From Podarcis tiliguerta (lineage: Eukaryota), in the NCBI GenBank assembly GCA_965153285.1, contig OZ229119.1: a stretch of 64,000 bases of DNA, one strand, 5' to 3'. Positions within the stretch are counted from its first letter, which is position 1. Each line of letters begins with the position of its first letter. A program made the translations under genes and the position numbers. Positions 1 to 12,196 of the stretch are shown piece by piece. The notes beneath the pieces were generated by a model. The model saw nothing but the letters and a program-made list of their open reading frames with translations. It was not told the DNA's origin and did not search any database.

Positions 1-930
1 AAGTACATATTAAAGGGGGAGGTTGTATTTATTTTGAGGCACTGCAAATGTTTTTGCTTGTTTTGGGAGAGATCTGAGCATTGTGCGAAATGGGTATTTT
101 TTTCATGCTCATGTCTGTTTCTTAGATTTCCAAATGTGCTTTTGGGCTAGAAAGATTGGGGGCTCCATATCTACAGGATCTGCAGTACATCCTCCAGTCT
201 GCATCTGGCAAATGCAGCCAGGGCACCACAGCCATACAGGGTTCTCCCTCTGGACCCAACCAAGGAAAGTAAACAAGTTGCGGCAGCTGCTGTTTCTGCA
301 TCTCCTGGCTGCTCACTTTCCTGCTCCATCCATGCTTGCAGGGAGAAGGGTACTGCAAGCAGGGAGCCTTGCCCCATGAAGGGAGCCCCCAAAGCCCAAG
401 GTCCTGGCTGAGCATGCCACTGTGGGCATCTCTCTAGTAGCCAAAGAGGCCTCTTGTTCCCCCAGCTCGGCCTGCCCAGTCAAGGAGCAGACAAGGCGCC
501 CCAGGCCTGCCCTACCCCTGACCACCATCACAACCACGGTTATTTCCGGACACCCCCAGTGGGGAATTTTTTGGGCAACGTCTGCCTGGGACGTGCGCGT
601 GTCCTGCAAATACCTCCAAATGGGAGGAAAAAAAGGAAAACCGCGCAACAAAACACGAGGCGGGAAACCCAGAAAGAGCAACCGCACCCACCCAATGCTA
701 AAAACAGAATAATAAACCGAATTAATCGGCTGTCCTCTGTCTTTTCATGGCACTTCGAGGAGTCTCCCTCAAAGCGCACACACAAAAGCCCTCAGGAAGG
801 GAAGACCAGACAAGGAGCGAATGCTTTAAGAAAACGGCAAGTTCCCTTCGGCAATACTTTTCAAGCGTAGCTGCGGGCTAATAGTCTTGCCACGGCTATT
901 GAAAACGAAGAGCAACATTTGGAGCAACTA

Positions 931-1145
931 CAGTGGTACCTCAGGTTACATACGCTTCAGGTTACAGGCTCTGCTAACCCAGAAATAGTGCTTCAGGTTA
1001 AGAACTTTGCTTCAGGATGAGAACAGAAATCGTGCTCCAGCGGCAGCAGGAGGCCCCATTAGCTAAAGTGCTTCAGGTTAAGAACAGTTTCAAATTAAGA
1101 ACGGACCTCCGGAACGAATTAAGTACTTAACCTGAGGTACCACTG
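931..1145. mobile_element. Tc1/mariner (pogo/Tigger-like) MITE
   Basis: Perfect 18-bp TIRs CAGTGGTACCTCAGGTTA...TAACCTGAGGTACCACTG, with TA on both sides. Confidence 0.9.
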
Positions 1146-1179
1146 TATATGCTACCGCCACAGAATTGGGTTGCGCACA

Positions 1180-1930
1180 CAGAGAGAGGGAAGAGCCACG
1201 AGGAAGCGCCTCCAGAACATCAAGCAAGCGGGTCTCGCCTATGGCTGAACTAGTGAAGGAAGCGCGGGGAGGAGGGGGATTCCAGTCAGTGCCTTCTCAA
1301 CATTCCCAAGCATTTTTTACCCTCTTTTTAGGCCGGAGATTTTTCGGCGGGGGGTAGAGGGTGAGGGAGGGGGCGCTGCCAACCGGCCGCCAGCAAAGCC
1401 CTCCATTGCGACCACACCCACGCGCGCGCGCCGGGGAGAGAGAGACTCTCCAAAGCGGGGCGCGGGGGAGGCTGGAAACCCCGCTTCTCCGAAGCCACTC
1501 ACCATGCAAAGCGGCTCTGCCCAGCTCAGGTCCCGCCGCCCCGCCGCCTGCTCGCTCGCTCGCTCTCTTTCCTTTTTTCGTCCGCTGCGCTCCGAGCAGC
1601 GGATTCGCCACCGCGAGACTGACTTCACTTCCTCCTCGCGCCGCTTTTCGCTGTGCGCTCCTCCCCTCCAAATCCCGCTTTTTAAAGCGACACGGGCCCT
1701 TTTCGCGAGCGGGCCTTTCCCACGAGTTGTACCTTGGTCTAGGGAAGAAGTGCTGGCAGCGGGGCGGCGACGGGGATTACACATTTCTGATTCAGCGACG
1801 TCCAGCCAAGGCGCTGCTCTGCGCTTCTGAGAACAAGCTTTCCAAGAAGCGATTTGCCCGCCGCGTCCCTTCCAATGCGCCGGGTTATTCGGGGTATGGC
1901 GCGCTTCAAGGCAGCCTTCTGATTGCGGGA
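1180..1930 (-). promoter_or_regulatory. CpG-island promoter of the next minus-strand gene (probably BID by synteny)
   Basis: High GC and CpG density (CGCGCGCGCG run, GC boxes) in an otherwise CpG-depleted window. ETS-like GAGGAAGTGAAG at about 1623-1634 (minus) and kappaB-like GGGGGATTCC at 1274-1283. Gene identity comes from human gene order only. Confidence 0.7.
1503..1620 (-). other. Putative first exon of the downstream gene; 5' end approximate
   Basis: Consensus donor CATG|GTGAGT with the intron starting at 1502, inside the CpG island and just downstream of the ETS motif. Confidence 0.55.
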
Positions 1931-2244
1931 GCTTTGAACTTCTGGGCCAAGTTTTAAATGCCTGCTGAAGACTTTCCTGCTCCGCCAAGTCTCTGCAGTC
2001 AATTAAGAATCCGTCCTTCCACAGTGCTTAACTGATGTCTGCTTTTAACTTCCTTACTGTTTTTATGCTTTATTGTTGTAAACTGCCTTGTTATATTTTT
2101 AAATGACATAGTGGTATATAAATTTTTAAATATATGACCAAACATATGATTAATCAGATAATTCTGCATCAGTTTGCATAGTTTATTGCAGTAATGGTGA
2201 GGTGGGCCAGAATACCCGTTTTTAGGTGTCACACTCGCAGTTAT

Positions 2245-2550
2245 GGCCAGTGTGGTGTAATGGTTAGAGCAGCCTTCCTGAACTTGAGGCTATCCAAAAG
2301 TTTTGGACTCTGCAACCAACATGGCCAGTGGTCAAGGAGAATGGGAGCTATAGTCCAGCAACATCCAGTGGGCACCAAGACATGGGGAAGTCTGGGTTAG
2401 ACTAGGCCTAAGGAGACCCAGGTTAAAATCCCCACTAAGGCATGAAGCCAACTGGAAGACTTTGGGCCAGATGCCATCTTTCAGCCTAACCTACCGTACA
2501 GGGCTGTTGTGAGGATAAAATGGGGAGGAGACTCACATATACCATCTTCC
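2245..2550 (+). mobile_element. tRNA-derived SINE interrupted by a hAT MITE
   Basis: A-box-like TGGTGTAATGG and B-box-like GGTTAAAATCC. Core gggctgttgtgaggataaaatgggg is shared with the copies at 32381 and 37406. Confidence 0.7.
2270..2394. mobile_element. Hairpin hAT-type MITE of about 125 bp nested in the SINE
   Basis: TIRs CAGCCTTCC...GGAAGTCTG with 8-bp TSD GGTTAGAG/GGTTAGAC. Confidence 0.75.
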
Positions 2551-4789
2551 GCTTCTTTGGAGGGGGCACAGGAAGTAAATGGCTAATGACGGGGTGGGTG
2601 GGGTAAACTTCCCCCCTTTTTGTCAGTGGATTGCATTTTATTGATTTATAAGTTTTATAAACTGCCTGAAGGACTTTGTTGATGGACAGAATAAAAATGG
2701 CATAAATAAATACTTTGAAAATAAACGAATGTTCACACAAAGCAATATATCGGAAGAGGCATTCCCTCCAAGGTGTGACATAATAATAATAATAATAATG
2801 AAACTCTTCTAATGCAACAGCTGTCACCCACAGACTTCGAAGTAGCAGCAAGTTACTTTAAAAATGCCCAAAGTTGGCCTGCCATGCCTTATACTTTAAC
2901 GCTATCTGCTCTGGAAACTTACTTTGAAAACAGTTCTAAAAATTGCAATGAAACTGCCTGAATCATTGCAGCAGGCAAGCAAGGTGGGAGTGCTAATTTG
3001 CAAAACGATGAGGCAGCCAGTGTTTTGGAGGCAGGAAGGTAGGGAAGGAAGGAGTGTGTGAAATATGCCTGTGCATCCTCAGCTATCCTTCTGCCCTCAG
3101 GTGACAGTGGCAACACTGGCATCACCAATGTAGAACTAGGATTTAAATGCCTCTCCAGTTGGGTATTGTACACGGAAAACACCAAAATATGTTGTGAGGC
3201 TGAGAAGAAGCAGATCGCTTAAAGCGACCTGTTGAGTTGATGGCAGATAAGAGATTTGACTTGCTGGCTTGTTCAGTTTGCAACCCTGTGCAGACTTACA
3301 TGGGAGTAAGTTAGACCTGATCTCTGTTCATGTGATTGCTAAGGAAATGAAGCACCCTGCAGATGTTCTCTAGAGAACACATGCAGAGTGAGAGTCTGGT
3401 GCTTCCTTATAATGGGTGCATTGGCTGTGGGCTCAGCTGTTTTAGCCAATGCTGTTTTCCCTTCCTGAAGACGGGCAGGTGTGGGCTCAGTGGGGAAGAA
3501 TTTGGGAATTCCCCTGCTGAACAGGTGAGCTGGGACACTGGGGGAATCCTCTGTTTCTGCCCAACTGAAAGAATGAAACGTCTTTAAAAAGTAATGCAAG
3601 GAGGTGCTTTCCTCACTGACTCATACTATGTCTCGTGGTGCTGCAGGAGCATGCAATTGTTATGCTGCGTTCCCAAGACTGCCGCACATGAAAAAGGTGC
3701 TATCGATGGATGTGTGCCTCTGGAGAGGTGGGTAGAGAGAGTTGCCACCTCTTCTCTAAAGTCACAGTTGTCAAAGTGTGCAAGGAAGTGCAAGATGGAC
3801 CCCAAGGTAGGGACAAAAAACAAAAGCAGGAAGAGAGTTCTGCTTACCGATAATAGGTTTCTGCTTGTCTTTCTGCTTTTATCAAAGGAAGCCCCTTTTC
3901 TGAAGAACTAATAAAGTGACATATAAAGTTTTTTTGCAGTGTCTACATGACATACTTGCCATCAAAATGACAGCCTGTACTCCCCACCTCCCACATTTAA
4001 TCTGAATTTACTCTTCCCAGGGTGGGAATGGGGGAATCCAGTAAGTTAAAAAACAACAACCCTGCTGCTAGCAACTTATTTATGATATCTAAATGAACAA
4101 TTTGCAGTATTAAGCCTCCATCTGAAAGCATCCTGATACTGCATATGTAATTATAAAAGGATCGGGAGGGGGGGTGAATCCTTTTAGGCAGGTTCTAGAT
4201 CTGGCATTCAAAGCAGTTGCCCTAATGGTTTCTTATCTCTGCTAAGGAGAAAAAGTAGGTCTTTCAAATATACCCCTTAGTTTAATAAATCATGATAAAA
4301 ATATAAAAACTGCTCCTTCTTAGGAATGCTTCTTCATAACACTGTGACATAGCAACTTTAAAACAAGGGACTGTGCCAGTTTTATCAGCATGTAGTTCAA
4401 AGGGTTCATTTGCTTGGAATAGAAAGGGGTGGGGCGAGAATGCGGCTTAGACTCGAACTGCAGATTCATACATTTCAAAATCTTCCCAACACTGTCTTCT
4501 GAACTTCCTCTTTCCTAGCAATAGAAAGTGAAACTGACAGCTGTTTTTAGCATGTCTGAACTGAGAAGTTATGAACTATGTGTGTATGCTTCACTCCATC
4601 TGATAACAGTACTCAGAACTGCCCTGCCACGTAGGTTAGGCCAAGAGAGACTTGGCTGTGTCTCAAGGTCACCCAGGAAGCATCAGGGCTATCTACAAAT
4701 CTGAACTTGGGTCTCCTTCAGTACTTAGCGCCGTGTCATATTGCCTGAACTGGTAGTATATAAATGCATGCATATATGCATGCCAATGT

Positions 4790-4998
4790 TTTAATTTTAT
4801 TTATTAAATAGTTATTCTGTCCTTCCTCGCAGAGGAGACCAGGGAATGAAAAACAAGTGATAAAGCCATAAAAACATCTTACAGCCCATTCCAGTACAGA
4901 TGCAGACAGTGAAAGATCTCAACTTAAAAGGCTTGTTGGAAGAGGAAGGACTTCACTATTCAAGCAGAGGGGATTCCAAGGGTGGGTTCCACAACTGA
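4790..4998 (-). mobile_element. L2 LINE 3' end fragment
   Basis: Minus strand encodes KSFLFQQAF*, a typical L2 ORF2 C-terminus, followed by a 3' UTR and an AT-rich tail. Confidence 0.6.
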
Positions 4999-5592
4999 GG
5001 TGCTGGAAACTGAGTTCCGGAGAGTTCCAGCTGAAAAAAAGCCCTAGCTCTGCAGATTCACTTATCCGAATATCCGGCTTAATTACTTTCTTGGTTGTTT
5101 CTGCTGTGCTGGTCAGTGGTGGCCATTTTCAGGCAGCAACTATGGAAGAGGGGAGTGATAGTGGACGAATCGGAGAGCAGGCGGGGGGGGGATCAGACAA
5201 ATCAGGGAGCAGGAGAAATCAGACAAATCAGTTTGGGGTTTTTTAGTTTTTACTTTGTCTCTCTTTTGCTGATTGGCTGTAGTGATTTCAGGAAGAAACC
5301 ATGGACAGGGGTGGGGTTGAGGAGAGACATAGCAAACCCTGCATTACAAGTGTTCCCATAAGAAATAATGGAAATTGTGGGCTCATTATGTGAACAACTT
5401 CCAGGGGACACATTGTGATGGTTAAGTAGGAGTTGCGTGTATATGCTATTTTCATGATTTATTATTATTTGTTTTGATATGTTCTGAAGGCAGCTTTTAA
5501 GTAAAAAATTGGCCATAGCACATCGGGCTGCTCTGAAAACAAAATCAAATTTTTCAGCATCTTGAGATACATCCTCTTTTGTTTTGGGGTAT

Positions 5593-5683
5593 TATATATA
5601 TATATATATATATATGCAGGTTTTGGTGTCCTCGGGTGTCTTCACCAAAACCTGCATTCCTGTACCCGTGAAAATCTACGAAA

Positions 5684-5720
<37 letters not shown>
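5593..5720. repeat. Two (TA)n microsatellites bracketing a roughly 70-bp insert with a 15-bp inverted repeat
   Basis: (TA)n at 5593-5614 and 5686-5720. ATGCAGGTTTTGGTG / CACCAAAACCTGCAT. Confidence 0.85.
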
Positions 5721-5723
<3 letters not shown>

Positions 5724-6224
5724 CATGTCCACCATATTATAGAACTTAAGCCACCAATGAAACATTGGAAACACATCCTACGAGTTGTGGTGGATAATTA
5801 GGAAAGCAATAGAAAATAAAATTGCCAATATGGTATAGCGTCTTTATAAAAAGTCTATGGTGCTCTCAAACTTGTAATACTGGGTTTGTGCTATAGTGGT
5901 GCTATTGATATTCTGCTCATGCAATAGGACTTCTAATTCCTTTCCTATCCCTGCCCCCCCCTAAATGAAAACGGTTCCAGATGGTTCACCAACCCCCTAG
6001 AACAGATTTTGAAGGGGAGAGAAGGGGAGAGAAGGGGAAGTTCTGTTGCACAAGTGTAAGACTTGCAGGAGCAAAATGGCAGCATTGTACACAACTGTGT
6101 GTACTGCTTTGCATCTCAAAAAGGATAGTGTAGAACGGTGCAGAATAGGGCCACCAACAATTTGCTGTTTGCGTGAACCGTGAAGCAAAATCAAATTCCA
6201 GTAAGTAAGAAAAAAATTAATGAC

Positions 6225-6246
6225 TTTATTTTTTATTTTTTTTATT
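6225..6246 (-). terminator. Candidate distal polyadenylation signal cluster (3x AATAAA) followed by a U-rich downstream element
   Basis: Plus-strand TTTATT at 6225, 6232 and 6241, with a U-rich stretch downstream on the minus strand (attttttttcttactt-like). Confidence 0.55.
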
Positions 6247-7684
6247 TTTTTAGTTACGTTGGTGACCTGAGGTGCTAAACTCTCAACACCAACAAAGCAA
6301 GTGTGCATAGGAACGTACAGAATGAAATGCAACCAAAAATAGGAAGTAAAACAGGGGTTGGGATGTTTTAGACATGAAAACAGGTACGGTACACAATTTC
6401 CTGTTACACTGCACACACGCCAACAATAAAACAGTCTGAATATCAGAGTTCCCACCTGTCCCAAGGGGAAGATACCACAGTTCCTTGGGACAGGGTTGTT
6501 TCACATACATACTTCTTTATATATATATATATGTATAAAATTAAATTACTGCAATGCCATCAAAACATGACATCCCTTCCTCCAATAGTTTTAGTGACAT
6601 TCTCATCTACCTTCCTTGCTTATGAAGCTCCACTGCTAGTGCTCTCGAAGGCAGCAATTCTTTGGAAGCCTTCTGTCCTCTTATCATGCATTGAGAGAGA
6701 AATACCCTCCTCTACCTCTTCATATCAAACAGACTGTTTCGTGGTACATTTTTATTGCAAACAATCACAGCATTTTCTTTTTTTAAACATGAGGTTGGAA
6801 AACTAATACACCACTTTCGTCTCAGGGCCCAAATGTAAACATTCTGTTAAATACATTTTCTTAAAACCTTGCGGGGAGGGTATCAACTTTTTTTTTTTTT
6901 TGCCATAAAAAGAATTTGTGCTACTGGGTCATGCAACTCTGGATATATTTGTTGATGCTCTAAAATGCTTTTGACCTGGATGTATTTTTAAAAAAACAGA
7001 TTAAAAACCCAGAGGATGCAGCAGGTGTGCTTGTTACTTCTGCATTAGCACCGTGTCATAAAAGGAGGGCCAGACACTGCATTTAAAGAAACTTCTTGAC
7101 TGACAGCAGGATCAAGCACAATCAACACAACATATTACAGGAAATGTTAAGAGTGGAAGAGGAAATATGATTAATGCTGCTGGTGCTGTCATGGGCTCTA
7201 AAACCCCTCTCCTCTCTCTGCAAGGGAGTCTTAGCTGCCCAAAAGAAGTCTGGGCTAACTAGAGGCAGAGCTACACAGCTGCACTGGAGCTGGAAAGGAC
7301 TTTCCCTTCCACTTTCTCAGACAGACTCTTCTACTCTCATTCCACATGCAGCTATAGGCAGCTTAGGAAGAAGCTTAGCGTGTCAACGTTTTCCTACAGT
7401 GAAAAATTCAAAGAACAGACAGAAGTGAGTTCAATTACGACCACTTTACAGAACAATCCATTTTCTCAGTTCCATTATAAATTGCACCAGGCACAGCAAA
7501 ATAATGCAAATTCCGATTTGCCTCTTTCATGTGGCTAGACACCAAATTTCAACAACTGAATTCTAGCTCCATCTTAAAGGGGAGCTTGACTTCCATTTTG
7601 CCATACACTCCCCTGTTGGTCTCTATGGATGTCAAAGATGCTGTCTGAGACAACTGAAGTTATATGTTCTTTTTCTTCCTCAAT

Positions 7685-7808
7685 TAGGGGTGGCTAACCT
7701 TTTACTCCCGTTGGACTCCCATTAGCCCCATCCAGCATGCTCAGTAGTCAGGGATTATGAGACTTGTAGTCCAGTAATATTAGAAAAGCCAGAGATTAGT
7801 CCCTTCTG
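7685..7808. mobile_element. Hairpin hAT-type MITE copy in the 3' UTR
   Basis: Shares the ggactccc...ttgtagtcca core and terminal motifs with the other copies. Confidence 0.6.
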
Positions 7809-10088
7809 TTTTGAAAGCTACAAATAAACACCAGTCCTAGTGAACACCTCCCCCCAAAGTCTCATGAACCATGAACACACAAGTCCTGCTTGTTCTGGGA
7901 CTATATGTGATATGAATTCTGCCAGTGTAGCATCACAATCTTTCAATATCTTAATATTCAACAAATGCCAGGCATGGTACCCCTTTGGCATACAATCTTC
8001 TGACACTACATTTCAACACATGCTGTTGCTTCAACAGCTTTCTGTTCAGCGTCATCAGTACTGACATTTTATTAAACAAGGAAGTGGATGGGTGTTTTAA
8101 AACCTTTCCCCATTTTTTCTCTCTAGTCTTTCCTGTTTTGAAAACACAGCATTTCCTGTTTTGAAATCTAGAGATAAGATGGTGGCTGCTTTAAAAGACA
8201 CACCTATTTCTTGGGATGACTGCTTCCCTAAAAAAAGGTTAATTAAAAAAATAGTCTGCACTTTGTTTGGAGACTAGAACTACAGCTTTCTTTCTTTAAA
8301 CTAAGCCCAACTGGAGCTAAAAAATGCAAATGGAAAATTCTGTATGTGGCAGGTCGGCACTTTTGAGAAAGTTATTGTGAAAGACATGGTGTGCTTATGG
8401 AACCTCTCAGCTGGTTATAGACAAGAGTCTATTCTGTGTTATTTCCTATTTGCTACTGCACTGAGCCAACTGAATGAAGGCCTAGGACAAAACCAGTGGG
8501 GCTTGTGCTAATCCTTCCCTTGGGAGGCAGATTTTTACAGAGCCAGCATGTGTGGGTTTTTTAAAATATATGGGGTAAAGTGGCAATGCCACAATTATAA
8601 TTACAAAAACCTTAAACAGCAGTAGTTAAAATAAGCATGGGTTTGCCATTCAGGAACAGAGGATATGGAGTGCAGGAGCAAAGTCTGCCATCACCACTCA
8701 GCTTTGTGAGCTCTCTTTGTGAGGATGCAGCTTAACGGAGAAGACACCCTACCTGGGAACCCTGCCTGCATATTTCCTAGGGTTGCCCCTCAACGTGGTG
8801 CAGGGACAAGTCCAAAGTACATGAAAGCATCTCCTCTCCACATCAAAAGTAGCGTGTAACTGTAACAGCATTAATAGAACTCTAATAAATAGGTACAGGG
8901 AAAGGGAGAACAGCAAATTAAAAATAAGAACAACAAAAGAAAAAGGTTGGGGAATGCAGCAGGCACACAGATTCACCACTCAAACATTTGCTCACTTCTT
9001 AAAAAGGTATAAAACCCAAATCTTTCAAGTATTAAAAAATAAGTTAATAGACATTAAAGGGTCTAAAGTGACTAAAGGGCCCGGGTAGGTCTTTTGCTTC
9101 ATTTCCAACGTGCAAAAAATAATAAAGATATATATCTATAGATATAGATATATACGCAAAAAACAAAAACCCATTGAGAGTCCATTCTTGGGGGATTCGA
9201 AGCAAGGGGTTTCATCCAAGAGCTCCCGCAAACTGCTTCATAAGTAACCCATTTTCAAAATCAGCACTTTCCAGTGTCAAAATTGTCACAAGGTTCACAA
9301 CAGAGCAGTCTACTGTCAATGGAGACAGGAAAAACTGTGACTTTCAGTCCAGAGCATTGCATGGCAGAAAGGGGGTGGATTACACACTCTTCCCCTCTTA
9401 GAACAATGGCAACTTGTGGAGGCTGCAGCAAAGAGAGCTAGTCCACTGGAGCCTGTATCTTCTGTAGAAATTTCATGTCAGCCAGTCTTCCAAGTCTCCA
9501 GTCCTCTCTGAATTCAGGGTTCCTCCATACCCAGACAATAATGGCAGCTTCAGGCTTCTTTGGTGAGGAGAACCTTAAACATACACACAGTGTGCTCTGG
9601 GGTACAGAGTGGTTTGCTCTCCCGTGGGCTGCTGCAAGGTGATGCTTCAGAAGAGAGTAGCCACTTCTCGCCTTTGTATTTCAAAACAAAAACAAGAACA
9701 CAACCAGCTAAGTAAATATGAAACGGACAAGCTACGGCCCACCTGAATTGGTTAAAGTTGTGGTGTATTTTATTTTTTGTTTTAATAAAATGTTTTCATC
9801 TCATTTTTTAGCCTCTCTCAGAGATCGCAAAAACTCAATGGCCTCTTTGCACAGGTCCTTGAGGAAGGCACACAACCTCAGCTGACCACCTCAGGCTTGG
9901 GGTTTGCAGGCCTCATACAGGCCTCAGCACTTTTCGATCCGACCCCCTCTCAGGAAGAAGCACTCAGGCGCTGCAAGAACCCTCAAGAGGTTTCTATGCC
10001 AAGGTATCTCCTCCATCCAGGCAGCTCCAGCCAACTTGGCACATGCCAACTGGACAACGCAGATCGGCAGACGAGTGCGCTGCTAAGC

Positions 10089-10273
10089 TCAGGACCAGTT
10101 TAGGTTGAATCCCTTGGACAGCATGACTGCCTCTAGGTCCTTGTCTTCTTCCTTCTCCCGGAGTCGCTGCTCTTCGAGGAGGGCCACAAGAGAATCTCTC
10201 TGTTCCACCACCTCTAGCATTTCATTCAGGATCCTTTTCTCTTCTGACAACTCTTCATCTGTCTTTAGGTGAT
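10089..10273 (-). CDS. MICAL3: MICAL3 last coding exon (DHLKTDEELSEEKRILNEMLEVVEQRDSLVALLEEQRLREKEEDKDLEAVMLSKGFNLNWS*)
   Basis: Acceptor ctttctttcctag|AT after an 88-nt intron. TGA at 10089-10091. Overlaps ORF 10089..10292. Confidence 0.97.
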
Positions 10274-10361
10274 CTAGGAAAGAAAGGGACAAGCAGTCTT
10301 GTCAAACTAGCCAAGGAAGTAGCAGGGGCCTTCTAATGGGAACCAGAGTACATCGACTTAC

Positions 10362-10435
10362 CTTCCACTGCCATCCTCTCCCGAAGTTCTTGCTGTAGTC
10401 GGCTTTGCCTGTCCTCCAGCTCCAACTCCCGAGCG
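10362..10435 (-). CDS. MICAL3: MICAL3 exon, 74 nt, phase 2 to 1 (FARELELEDRQSRLQQELRERMAVE), bMERB
   Basis: Acceptor ttctctccttgcag|C and donor GAAG|gtaagt. Confidence 0.97.
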
Positions 10436-11033
10436 CTGCAAGGAGAGAAGAATAGACAAATGTCTGGTTTGGGTTGTTTCAGCAGCAGTCTAAGCTACTG
10501 GCTTAAAAATCTAACATGCTCAGGTAGTAAAGTGTTCCCTTTCAGTACTGATTGTAAGGCAATCCTTCAGTTGTACTAAGAACCTTGTTCAGAACAACCT
10601 CCCTTGGTTAACATACATGTCGGTTTTTCACCTAAACCCATGTTGCGGAATGGTCAGAAAGGCAGATGAGAAAATAACAGGAAAATGCCAAGTCACTCCA
10701 TCTGGCCCCTACTGCCCACTGCACATCAGGGCTGAGCTGCAAGGGACAAGATCTTCCTTCTTACATTGACCTTATTTGGAATCATGAATGAGAAGGAAAT
10801 GCTAAGAGAACCAGGTCTCAGCAGCAGATCACTTCATCAGTTTTATAAAATTTTATTTTACTTGGAGCGCCTATGGGTCTCCAGAGCAACAGGATTCCCA
10901 TCTGTACATTGTCACCACAGCAAAGGTGAAGACAGAAACAGGTTCCATAACATATCTCTGCCTGGGGATAGTTGCCTCGTCTTTCCCCTTCTCTGCGTGG
11001 ACCAAGCATGCAGAAATTCCTCTCCTTACTCAC

Positions 11034-11133
11034 AATATCATGAGCTCCGACTCATAGCGCACTAAGGCATTCTTCTCTTGCACCAGCTTGAACCACTCCT
11101 GCATCAGCTTGGGGTCGTCCTTCTTCCCCATGC
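11034..11133 (-). CDS. MICAL3: MICAL3 exon, 100 nt, phase 1 to 2 ([33 protein letters not shown]), bMERB
   Basis: Acceptor ttctcttggcag|GC and donor ATT|gtgagt. Confidence 0.97.
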
Positions 11134-11963
11134 CTGCCAAGAGAACAGTTTAGGTCAGCTTGGAGAAAGATTCCCGCCATTTCCATAAATCCAGCAGGCA
11201 GGCAGGCAGGAACAAAAATGGGAGTGGGGCAAAATGTGCAAAGAAAGCTGAGCTAGATGCTGCCAGAGCACTCTTGTCAGATCTGCTTGCTTAGTTTGTC
11301 TATGGCACACAGGAAGGAGGGGCACCTCCAGTAAAATAAACAAAAAAACCCCACTGGATCCATGTGCCCTGAATCTACCTTCCCCATCACATCTCCCGCC
11401 AAACCAATAGCCATAATTACAGTCACTTTTCAGTATTTTTCTTCTGTTGTCCTTTTCAATTTGGACACTTTCAAACATAGCTCTGACACTTTCCAACACT
11501 TTCCAACAAAGCCTACCTGTTTCAAGCCATGTTTTCTCACTCACACCTTAATCAACACCCATTTGTCCACTTTACATATAACTATAGAGCGATTAGTGAA
11601 CAGTTCCTTGATGGGCTGCTTCAGAGTTGATTCTGGCTCCTACCAGTATTGTAGTCTTAAGTGCTGTGCTCTCCCCTTTTCAAGCCACCTGCATTAACTT
11701 AATGACTGAAAGCAACCAGTTCCTGACCACTGCTATCAATAATTTCCCTTCCTCTTGGCTTTATCAGTCACACCAGGCAGATCTGCCTCAATGTGTCTGC
11801 TAGAGATCCCTCACTTAAACAAAAAGCACGTATTGTGTGGCATAAATACAGGTTCAATCAGTTGAAGTTCACCAGCTCAAGACCACTAGTGCATGGTAGA
11901 AAAGCACAAGAAGAAAATCTGCTCACATAAAAAGGAAGAGGAAGCATGGTACCTTCCCAGGTA

Positions 11964-12196
11964 TAGTCATACCTCGGGTTGTGAACGTGATCTGTGCGGG
12001 AGGCACGTTTGCAACCCACAATGCCGCATCTGCGCACACATGTAAAGCAATTCAGCACTTCTGCGCATGGGATCGTTTTGCGCTTCTGTGCATGCACCAA
12101 AACCTGGAAGTAACCCGCTCCAGTACTTCTGGGTTCGGCATGGTCCGCAACCCGAAAACGCGCAACCCACAGCGTTCACCACCTGAGGTATGACTG
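11964..12196. mobile_element. Tc1/mariner (Tigger-like) MITE
   Basis: TIRs (T)AGTCATACCTC...GAGGTATGACTG with TA flanks. Confidence 0.85.

Larger units (their letters stand above)
6205..10088 (-). other. MICAL3: Probable MICAL3 3' UTR (end uncertain)
   Basis: Follows the stop codon and is repeat-poor and AU-rich. Minus-strand AATAAA hexamers at 9769-9774, 8068-8073, 6751-6756 and a triple at 6225-6246. Confidence 0.6.

Noticed and set aside
83-870. Several overlapping ORFs of 70-140 aa at the left end
   Set aside because: No recognisable homology, no BID-like BH3 motif and no convincing splice sites. Probably the GC-rich first intron of the downstream gene.
1297-2002. Long ORFs of 198-223 aa on both strands
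   Set aside because: Arg/Ala/Pro-rich ORFs are expected from stop-poor CpG-island sequence.
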